Assembly: GCA_951406725.2 (NCBI GenBank)
Contig: OX597839.1
Span: 14,322,001 to 14,386,000 of the forward strand
Direction of reading: 5' to 3'
Source: Octopus vulgaris
Lineage: Eukaryota
Length of the DNA stretch: 64,000 nucleotides
The position numbers were made by a program, and so were the translations under genes. The notes under the pieces were generated by a model. The model did not search any database. It saw only the letters and a list, made by a program, of their open reading frames with translations, and was not told the origin of the DNA. Below, one piece after another: positions 53,549 through 64,000 of this stretch. Each line of letters starts with the position of its first letter. Position 1 is the stretch's first letter.

Positions 53549-54530
53549 CTGAAAGTAAAATTGAAAGGTGCAAATATAATATGCCCTGATGTAGTATTAG
53601 GCACTGGCTCTCATAACTTCTGATCTCAACTGATAAGAAATGTTATCCTGTTTATGTTTTAGCTTGGTATAAAAGATGGGTTATGGCAAATACTCTGCTC
53701 AATACCACAGATTTCCTTGTCAGTCGCTTGACTTTAATCAGTTGAGCATGTCCCTTTGTGGTTGATGATATGTGCATTTCTGATTATGAGCAGGGATTGT
53801 GGGAGAACATCATAGCCAGAGGGATTCCTTGAGGTTTGAATAATTCACTCCTTAGGACCTTTTGAACAGGATGGGCTAATCAACCTGGAGAAAATTCTAA
53901 CTGGGCCACACCTGTAAAGTTGTGCACTGTTTATCTTGATAAAAGATGACTATGTTAGACATATACAGAAGTGATGCACATGCCTGGTGTACCCTTATCA
54001 GGTGGGTGGTCATGATGGGTATACTAGGCTTCTTATATTTGTACCCTAGTGTCACTTTAATAGCATGTACTGCTCTCTCACTCAATAATTATAATAATAA
54101 TAATAATAATAATCCTTTCTACTAAAGGCACAAGGCCTGAGATTTTGGGTGAGGGATCTAGTTGATCACATCTACCCCAGTGTTTCACTGGTACATAATT
54201 TATTGACCCTGAAAGGATGTAAGGCAAAGTCTATCTTGGCAGAATTTGAACCAGGAAGGTAAAGATGGACAAACTGCCACTAAGCATTTTGCCTGGTGTG
54301 CTAACAATTCTGCCAACTCGCCACCTTAATAATAATAATAATAAAAATCACAAAAAATGATAATCATAATAAATGTAATAAATTACGGGCACGGGCGTGG
54401 CTGTGTGGTAAGAAGTTTGCTTCCCAAACACTTGGTTTAGTTTCAGTCCCATTGTGCCATCTTGGGGAAGGGTTCATAAACTTAAGGCCTTGTGAGTGGA
54501 CTTGGTTGATGGAAACTGGAAGAACCCTGT

Positions 54531-54570
<40 letters not shown>

Positions 54571-54589
54571 TGTATGTGTACAAGTGTTT

Positions 54590-54788
54590 GAGTAAAGATT
54601 ATTTGCCAACATAACATGGCAGTCCTGGTTAGGATGAATTCTGCTGTATGTAACCCCATGAAACATCATCTCCAGCTGGCTATACGACACATTATCCCTG
54701 CTCTTATATTTTCAAACAGGGGGTTAAAAGGTCGTAACATTCATCCTAACCAGGACTGCTACATTATGTTGGCAAATAATCTTTACTC
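54590..54788. repeat. Inverted repeat with 50-bp arms (MITE-like or fold-back)
   Basis: GAGTAAAGATTATTTGCCAACATAA...GGATGAAT / ATTCATCC...TGTTGGCAAATAATCTTTACTC. Confidence 0.75.
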
Positions 54789-56138
54789 TAGAGTACTGTT
54801 ACTGAATGTCTCTTGTTGAGAGATTTACTAATAGTAATTTTCTATTTCATATATTTTTGTTATCTCTTAAGATTTTTGTTTCTGTTATCTGTTTATCTAT
54901 TAAGATTAATGTCCAAAAGTTTGGCATTTGATCATGGACAGTCTTGTATGCAGTTAGCTGGTTCATATATTTTTGTTATCTGTTTATCTGTTAAGATTAA
55001 TGACCAAATTTGTTATTTAGGTTTTCCCAGATTAGGAATAATGACAGTTTAATGGTAATGTCCTGTTTGCGAGCCAATGAGAGACAGAGATGCCTATAAT
55101 TGGTTGTTTTATATTCTAAAAATAACACCCAAATCTTTCTCAAAATTACATTCTACCATTTTAAGTAAGAACACATTAGATAATGTAGTCCTAAATAGAC
55201 TATGTTTGAAAATAAGGCGGAATGGTCATTCTTAGAAAACTGCTTTTAATCATGGGGCTGCTCAACCTAGGCAGACCTGGGAGTAAAACAACTGCACCAA
55301 CAACAACAACAGCAGCAGCAGCAGCAACAATGTCTCAATGTTTATTTTGTTGTTGTTTTTTAACCCCAGGCCTGCCACGGTGAAACTAATCTATATTCAG
55401 ATCAACAATGTTTTTCCAGCAAAACTTTGCTCTCCTTTTCTCCTGTGGTTCGAATGAGATTTAACTACTATCTCTAGCAGGTTGAAATGACCCTGTAGTG
55501 GCTTACTCATTGGCAGTATATCTTGTTACTACAAGTGTAGTCATGGGAACATAGTAAATAGTCTGGGGACAGGGAGAGTCCATTGGACTGGGTTGCAGAT
55601 TATCTGGTTATGAGGCAGAACAGTGGTTCTCAACAGAGGTCCACATGGATCTTGCAGGTCCATATAAGATTTTGCTGTTAAAAATTATCTGCAATATATT
55701 GGTTGTACTTCTACTATGCACTAAATATTTTAATAATTTTCTCATAAAATTCCCAGTAAGGTTAATAAAAAAATATAATAGAGTTTTTTTTAAAACCTAC
55801 TATATGAAGTTGGTACTGAAAAGTTTTTGACTTCAAAGATATCACGATTTGAGGCCCAACCTTCTGAGTTCTTTTATAGAACTTAGAGAAACTAACTGAA
55901 GGGCCACTGCAATAAGTGTGTGAATTTGAGAGGGGAGTATGTTGAATAAAATCATAATTAACTGATCCTCCTGTATTTTCTTTTACCCAAAGCCAGGAAC
56001 TTTTCAGCTTCCCTTTGTATCTGCATGTGTGTGTGTGTGGTTTTACATCTTGAGCAAAGCTCTTCTTCAGAATTAGAGGGAAGTCTAATAGAAAAGGAAG
56101 CTGGAGGAAAGAGAATCACAAACGATTCACATGTGGTT

Positions 56139-56175
<37 letters not shown>

Positions 56176-57538
56176 TGTAAAATATGGAAATATTGTAAAT
56201 AATGCAAGTCTGTTGCAAATAAAATAAATGCAGTAATTGTTGTAAATATTGTAAATATATGTGAATACTACAGGCATGTGGTTAGAATGTCATAGGAAAG
56301 AATCTCAAAACTAATTTTTAAAGCCAAGCAGGAAACCTATGGGTAGACCAAGAATGAAATGGTTGGATAATATCCCTAGTTTCAGTTGGACATGTTTGGG
56401 GACTCAACTGGAAAGTATAATGACAGCTTCTTCTGATAGGACCTTGTGGAGAAAACATTGTTAGAATATGTAAATACTGTGACAATATTGCAAAATATGT
56501 AAAGATATGAATATTGTAAAATATATAAATAAATAATTATTCTTTTCTACTCTAGACACAAGGCCTGAAATTTTGGGGGAGGAGGCTAGTCGATTAAATT
56601 GATCCCAGTATGCAACTGGTCCTTAATTTATTGACCCCAAAAGGATGAAAGGCAAAGTCAACCTTGGCGGAATTTGAACTCAGAACGTAAAGACAGACGA
56701 AATAATATAAATAAATAATTATTGTAAAATGTGGCAAAAAACAATGTATGTAAATACTGTAAAAAACAAGTAAATATTCAAATATTTATTGTAATTCTTA
56801 TGAAGTTGTTGAAATTTGGAAATAACTGCTCCATTTGTAAAACTCAGGTTAATCGTCTAAAAGATTAATAATTTTAAAATTACGAGTGTGAAGGTATGTT
56901 GTTTCATACCTTTACAGGGGTTGATAAAATATGTACCAGTCAAGTACTGGGGTCAATGTAATCAACTAGACCCCTCCACCAAGATTTCAGATTTTATGCC
57001 TATGATTATTATTATTCAGTAGTCTTATTATTATTATTATCATAATTATTATTATCATGGTGAGCAGAATCATTAGTACACTGGGCAAAATGTTTAGTGG
57101 TATTTCGTCTGGGTATGTGTTAAGTTCTAATTCAGCAGTGGCTGACTTTGCCTTTCATCTATCTGAGGTTGTTAAAATAAGTACCAGTTGAGCACTGGGG
57201 TCAACGTAATTGGTGAGTCCCCTCCCTTGAAATTGCTGGTCTTGTACCAAAATTTGAAGCCATTATTATTATTTTTTATTATTTATTTTTTTCGAAAGTT
57301 TTCTCTTTTCCTCTTTTTTCCCGTTACTCTCCTTAACTTCAAATCCTCTCCTTCAAAAACTCGTGCATCAAAATCGACAGGAGCAACCATCATCATCACC
57401 ATTATTACTATTATTATTATAAATCAAATTCCACCACTTTGCCTTTCATCCTTTTGGGGTCAATAAGTTACGTAGCAGTCAAATAGTGGGGTCAATGTGA
57501 TTGATTTTCCCATCCCCTTGGAATTTAAAGGATTATTA

Positions 57539-57592
<54 letters not shown>

Positions 57593-57733
57593 GTTTACAA
57601 TGAAAATAAATTTTAAAAAGTGAAATGAAATTATATAGAAGAGAAATGTGGATCCATTGATTTAAGAGAGAAAGATATTCAAGTGAGTAATTGAGAAATT
57701 AACGAACATAGAAGCAATAAAGTACACAGTTAC

Positions 57734-57776
57734 CTGTTAGAAGAAAGGTAATGAGAACAGACCATGCAGGAACCAT
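57734..57776 (-). CDS. Ly6/uPAR-domain protein, coding exon 1 (signal peptide)
   Basis: ATG...MVPAWSVLITFLLT + G|GTAACT donor, phase 1, joins exon 2 in frame; a possible acceptor 5 nt upstream implies a further non-coding exon. Confidence 0.75.
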
Positions 57777-59179
57777 TGTTGCTGTAACTCATAAATGTTA
57801 TGTTCCTCTCACCTTCGGATCACGTCTATTTCTTATCAACAGTCTTGACTGTTCATTTGAGTGTACTCACCCCCCCTCTAAGCCTGCTGGTAACTTGAAA
57901 TAGGTTTGAATATTGATAAGTAGTCTGTCAACATCATCATCATCATGATTGGATAATAATTACAAAGCTGAAGATAAAGTTATAGAGTAAGAGTGATATA
58001 TTATGTTTTATCAGTCTCTTTTTTTTTTGTTGCTTGTTTCAGTTATCTGACTGAGGCCAAGCTGGGGCACTGATTTGAAGGGTTTTTAGTTGAAGAAATC
58101 AAACCCAGGACTTGATTTTTGTTTTACTGAACATCTAGTACTTAATCTTTCAGTCTCTTTTGCCAAATTGCTAAGTTACAGTTTGATGTAAACAAACCAA
58201 CACTGATTATCAAGTGTTGGTGAGGGGAAAGAGACCAGAAATTCACCTCCCCACCGCACATTCCCACACTCCCACCTCCACACAGCTATGTACACATACA
58301 CACACAAATACATCCACACACATATATACCACATACACATAAACACATATGCACCCTCCACATACCACATACACACATATGCATACATACACACATTTAG
58401 TGTAGCATCTAAGAAGTTAAATACCTTCGTAAAAAATATATTTCACCAAATTTTTATAAAATTTTAATATTTTATATTATTAAATCTTTATGTATTTATA
58501 CACCCTCCCATACATTTGTGTGGCTTATATAGCTTATAAAGGGTTTGGCAGTTTATAATTTTTCGTAAAACTCACTGTATAATACAATATTATATTTCTT
58601 TATATTTGTAATTACATATGTTTTAGAAATTTTTTGTATTTGATATTTGATATATTTATACATTTGTATATCTTTTCATATACTTTCTTAGAGTTTATAA
58701 TTATAAATAATTTTTTTGACAATGTATAAAGTCTTTTTATATAATTTACTGTATATGGGAATCCTTATTTTAGTATATTTTTTAATCATGCAATATATTC
58801 ATTTACATGCCCAAATTGGTTTAAGTATCTGAATGTACTCACATATACATTTAGTACACCTCTAATTCAATAGCCCCATAAACTAGATGCCATCTTTTAT
58901 GATATCCTATATTTATCCACCTGTAATAAAGAAAATAGTTCTTATATTGGTTTAAAATATACTCTGTATCTCTATTCATATGATAATTTAATTCCGTTAT
59001 ACATTCATTTAATTTAATTCCATTATACATTCTTCCTTGAAGATCTCTAGAGCTCGACAAAGATGTTCTGCAAAACCTGGTGGAACAAAATCCCACCTAA
59101 CTGTTGAGGAACTAGCTGAGAAGCTTGAATTTGGTCTTAGCACTCCACTAGTACGGATGCCAATCATCAAATTTGATAT

Positions 59180-60051
59180 ATAATAATAATGAAATTATTG
59201 TATACGGTGCTCAGGTGCACCACAACTTGTCAGAGTATATGCAGTAATGTACAAATGTCTGGAAAGCGAACAATGTATGAGTCAGATACATGTTTGTGTG
59301 TGTATGGAGGGAGAAAATCAGGTGTAGTGTTGGCGAATCTCAGAAAGCATGGAAGTTTTGAAGGATGCAGTGCTCCGACAACTAACAACTGATGCCGGCA
59401 GTTTGTTCCATGCTTCAGCAACTCTCAGCGTGAAAAAATGTTTCCTAAAGTCATGGGAGCTCTGCTGTTTTCTGACTTTGTAAATATGTCCATGGGTGTT
59501 AGATGGGTGGAGTTTGAAATGGTGCTCAGAGTTATTGTTTGTAAGATGGTTGATAATTTTATGGGTGTCTGCCAAGTCAGCTGCCAGACGTCGGAGTTTC
59601 AATGTGTCCATGCCCAGGGAAGTAAGGCGTTCAGGATATAGCAGATGCCTGATGGAGGGTATTCTTTTGGTTGCACGTCGCTGAATGGCTTCAGACAATT
59701 GATATCCTGGGCAAGATAGGGGTTCCAGACCGGCGATGCAAATTCCAGGTGAGGTCTTACCATAGCTATTTAAAGCCGCAGATAGATAGTCGGTGAGCGG
59801 CTCACAAAGGATTTGGTGAGTGATGCCAAGACACCCTCAGCCTTCTTGACAATTTTAGCGATGTGTTTTGTCCAACGCAAATCACTGTCAACAATGACAC
59901 CCAGGTCACGTTCACATGAAGACTTTTTGAGATTAGTGTTGTGGAGGGAGTAGGTGGACGCTGGGTTTCTCCTCCCAAAATGCATGGTGGTACATTTGTC
60001 CACAGCCAGCTTAAGTTGCCAGTCCATGATCCACTGCTGCATTGTGTCCAT
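59180..60051 (-). mobile_element. 5'-truncated CR1-like LINE 3' end
   Basis: WQLKLAVDKCTTMHFG, ERDLGVIVD, IQRRATKRI, FFTLRVAEAWNKLP; short (ATT) tail. Confidence 0.85.
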
Positions 60052-60064
60052 GTGTATATGTATG

Positions 60065-60111
<47 letters not shown>

Positions 60112-60418
60112 TCATCATCATCATCTTTGTTTAACTTGGGGTTTCCATGATGGCATGGGTTGGACAGTTTGACAGGATCTGTCCAGCCAGGGAGATGTCT
60201 AGATTCCACATTGTGTGTTGTGACATGGTTTCTACAGCCAGATGTCCTTCTTAGCACCAACCATTTTACAGAATGCGCTTGGTGCTTTTTATGTGGCACA
60301 AACACAGGAGCACTTAAGCAGCGCTGGCACATGGGCATTTCACATAGCACCAACACTTGTAAAGAAGCCTGTATGTATGGATTACAATGACTTTACTTGA
60401 CTTGATGCTAGGAATAAT

Positions 60419-60905
60419 TTCTTGTGACATGAATTATGGAAAGATGAATTTTTCCATCAGTTTTGTTTTTGCGATAAGAAACTAGTCTGGTCTGAGTGAC
60501 TCATTTTGGTTTTTTGCTTGAGTGTGGTATCTGTGAGTCATGAGTGGTTTTAGGTTGTTGCTAGGATCTGTTATCTATGGTTTGGATTGTATTATTGTCT
60601 GTTTATAAACTTTCAGGTTAACAGGTTACATATCTGGTTATAATGACATTATCGTTAAGATAATAGCATTCCCATGATTCTTGCGACAAGCATTATGGAA
60701 AGATAAATCTTTTTGTCAGTTTTGTTTTTGTGATAAGAAACTAGCCTGGTCCTAGTGACTTGAGTGTGGTGTCTGTGAGTAGAAATTGGTCTTAGATTGT
60801 TGCTAGGATCCATTAAGTATGTTTTGGGTTGTACTATTTTCTAGTTATGAAGTTTCAGGTTAACAGGGATTCATATCTGGTAATAATGACATTATCATCA
60901 AGATA
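60419..60905. repeat. Diverged tandem duplication, ~260-bp period
   Basis: TTCTTG.GAC...ATTATGGAAAGAT at 60419 and 60678; both units end TAATGACATTATC. Confidence 0.8.
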
Positions 60906-61537
60906 ATGACAACAATTTGAAGGTCCCTTTATGAGTTTACTTGATCTGCTAGAAATAGAAGTCAAATAATAGTACAGTCTCTTTTAAAAAACAACAGAAT
61001 GTTCCTGACAGGAAGAGATCTGCTCAGTTTCAACTGGTTGGAGCTAAACAACAAAAACAATGACAACAACAACTACAACAGCAACAACAAAACAAAAACA
61101 GCAGCAACAATAAGATCAACTCATTTGTTTTTAATTCTGATAATATTTTATTTTTATCACAGTTTATGTTGATAGTCATGGGTTTTCCCATGGATCAATC
61201 TCTGGTTTACTGCATTGGATGTTGGTGAGAGTCTCAAGGGATCATCTGTAGATTTCAGGCAAGACAAATACCACAAGGTATTTTGTTCCAAAGCTGTGTT
61301 TTTTTTTTATTTTTCTCACTCTTGTTTATATTTTAATTGTGGTAAAAAAAAAATACACACACATGCACTCATGTGATTACAGGCACATAGACACATATAC
61401 AAACACACACACAGCATGCAGATAGAGTGAAGGAGAGAGAGAAAGTGAGAAAGGAAATTTGCAAATTTTGACCATAATAAAAAAACACTTTATATCAGTG
61501 AAAAGGGTTTTATTTACATACTGAACTTTAGTGGTCA

Positions 61538-61768
61538 TTAACCCTTTCATTACCAACCTGGCTGAAACTGTCTTTGGCTCTGTTGTACAAATGTCTTGTT
61601 TTCAAAAGTTCTGAATTAAAATCTTCCACCAAACCTTAGTCACAATTTATGTTCCTAACACTAGTTTAATGATAACGATGTTATTTTACTAAATTCTTTG
61701 TTATATTTAAAATTAATTGAAAGAAATAACAAAACATTTCAACAGAAATATGGTAACAAAAGGTTTAA
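61538..61768. mobile_element. piggyBac-like MITE
   Basis: TTAA|CCCTTTC.TTACC ... GGTAACAAAAGGT|TTAA; related inverted copy at ~44095-44270. Confidence 0.65.
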
Positions 61769-61824
61769 ATAAGCTACCATGATAAATTGTGCATTTGGTA
61801 TGAAGATTCATTTTGACATTAGGG

Positions 61825-62075
61825 CAATGGTTCTCAACCGGGGTACATATAACCCTTCTGGGGTACATATAAGTCTTTGTTGTTAAAATTTATGTCTAAT
61901 AATTTGGTTATACTTCAACAATATCCAAACTATTTTAACAATTTTTTTTAATACAATTCCAAATATTTTATTATAAAAATATGATTTTTTTGAAACATTG
62001 AATGACTATGGGGGTCCAGTAGAGTAAAATAAGAATCAAAGATGTCCATAAGTAAAAAATTGTTGAGAAACACTG
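61825..62075. mobile_element. hAT MITE
   Basis: TIRs CAATGGTTCTCAAC / GTTGAGAAACACTG; imperfect 8-bp TSD CATTAGGG/CATTACAG; partial copy from 55621. Confidence 0.75.
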
Positions 62076-63331
62076 CATTACAGAAATGTATGTTGCATGT
62101 ATACTCATAGAATATATGTACTTAAAATGGATGAATCTTTCAGATATACTAAAAAAAGAGTGATAATTCCAATCATTGTGATGAACACAAAGTCCTACAA
62201 GATTGTTGGTTTGAGCATTAAAAAGAAATTATCATGTCTGTAAACATATGATGCAAGTGAGTTTGCATGATGGACATTACCTGAAATAAAGCTTCTGTTG
62301 TGCAAAGGTGTCTGTAGAAAGTCTTCTGAATGCAACTTATAATATCACTGACAGCTGCATTGTTACAGCTGCAGGAGCTGTAATGGTTATAGATGCAATG
62401 TGTTGCACGTTGCATTGCTATATCTCTGTGCATAACAAACAATAGAAACACAGTTGCAGGAACAGTTTTATTTTATTACTTTCCCTTTATTTGTCTTCTT
62501 TCTTTACCTATTTTCTTGACCAGCTAAACTGTACTTGTGGTTTATAATCTCATGGTGTTTGTTGTTAAGTGTGATATACTAATGAACTGAGACTCCTCCA
62601 ACCTCTGCAAGCTTGGAAAAACACATGTAAAAAGATGATGATGATGATGCAGATAATGATGATGCGTATACACCTACTTAATAAATTCATTTATAATTCA
62701 TATTAGAAAAAAGTAAATAAAGCAAGACAATGTAATTTTAAAAAATCAAAATAATAAATTAAACTCAAGTAAAATTGTTTCGATTTCTACTTTCTATTTC
62801 TTACATTTTATTATTTATTTACACAAAAAGAAACCAGGTTATTTCAAATATTGTGTGGGTCACAAAACAAACATGAAAAAAATAATGAAAAAAAAAAATT
62901 TTCTTTAAACAGCCTATTGTTCCCACCATGCCCTCTCTTTCTCACCTCCTCCTCTTCCCATTATTTTATCAATTATGTCAACAGATGAAGAGAAGATGGC
63001 AGAGTATTTAATATTAATGAATTAGCTGTTAATGTTAATTTGCAATTAGTGGTGAGTTGACAGAAATATTAGAGCAACAGAAGTGGATCCCAGGCAGTAT
63101 CTATTTGTGATGTTTTATGTTCTGAATTGAGTTGTGAGAATGTCAGCTTTGCATTTTATCCTTCTTGAGTTGATTATATCAAATGCCAATGTGTTGCTGG
63201 GAAAAATAGGACTAAATTTTGTTAAGTTTTTTTTTTTTTAATATTGTTTCACTCTAAACAGAATATTACAGTATTTTTCTAAATTGAATTATTTGCGCAT
63301 TTATGCATGTGTGTGTATATGTATGTATGTT

Positions 63332-63370
<39 letters not shown>

Positions 63371-64000
63371 CAGATGTAGAGTTAGATTGTGGCATGGAAA
63401 ATGAGATAAAGAGAGATATAAAAAACAAAAAGAAGAACAGAGAGATAGACAGACAGACACACAGACAGACAGAGAAGAATAGAGGTAGACAGATTTCAAT
63501 TATGCACTGTCAATTATTGGGTGTTGGTGTAAATCTTGAAGCTACAAAATAATGAAGCATTACATTTGAGAGAATAATCTGAATGCTAGAGGGTTGCTAA
63601 CAATAATATATACATCAACAACAATATACATGAAACCCATGCTAGCATTGGTTAATTGTAATATGTTACTAAAAGACGACAGAAGCCCATTTGGGTTTCT
63701 TGTCATCGTTTAAAAAGTTTGTTAAGTAGTATTAAGAGCTGAAGTGATCAAAGTGGTTATCATGTAAAGAAGAAATGGTGTGAAGAGATGATCTGGCAGC
63801 AAGCTTTGGGCACTAGAAATTCCATTACAAAATGACTCCTGGCAAAATCTTACACTCAAACCATTCATTGTAACCGTTTTGTTTGTAAATGATACGTTTT
63901 TAACAAAAGGGTATGTTCCGTCACTACAACTTCTGATGATTGCTTTAACTTCACCTAGAATAGAAGAGGGAAAAAAAGGAAAAGAGAAGAGAAACTAAAA

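Overview
AT-rich, repeat-dominated animal genomic DNA. The SINE, Helitron and R4/Dong repeat types and the dense (TA)n/(TG)n/(TAA)n tracts suggest an octopus-like cephalopod (inference). One host gene is supported: a three-coding-exon, minus-strand Ly6/uPAR (three-finger, quiver/sleepless-like) GPI-anchored protein of 163 aa (57776->48715). The rest is mostly repeats: a GC-rich, near-intact Gypsy-type LTR element with a -1 frameshift signal (6775-10814), a truncated Mag-like Gypsy element, a ~15 kb fold-back satellite with higher-order structure, LINE fragments (R4/Dong, RTE, CR1, Tx1), SINEs, Helitrons and MITEs. Most short ORFs in the track are microsatellite or satellite noise. Three signals stand out. 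(1) Seven minimal type-I hammerhead ribozyme motifs at four loci, three of them beside microsatellites in inverted repeats and one in a 362-bp tandem repeat, showing C-G, U-A and G-C versions of the 3-8 core pair (Penelope-like/retrozyme system). (2) A 3.8 kb hammerhead-bearing element whose fold-back arms carry strongly one-directional A/G differences, as expected for ADAR-hyperedited RNA written back into the genome. (3) A composite Helitron that appears to have transduced a mariner fragment into one arm of a palindrome.
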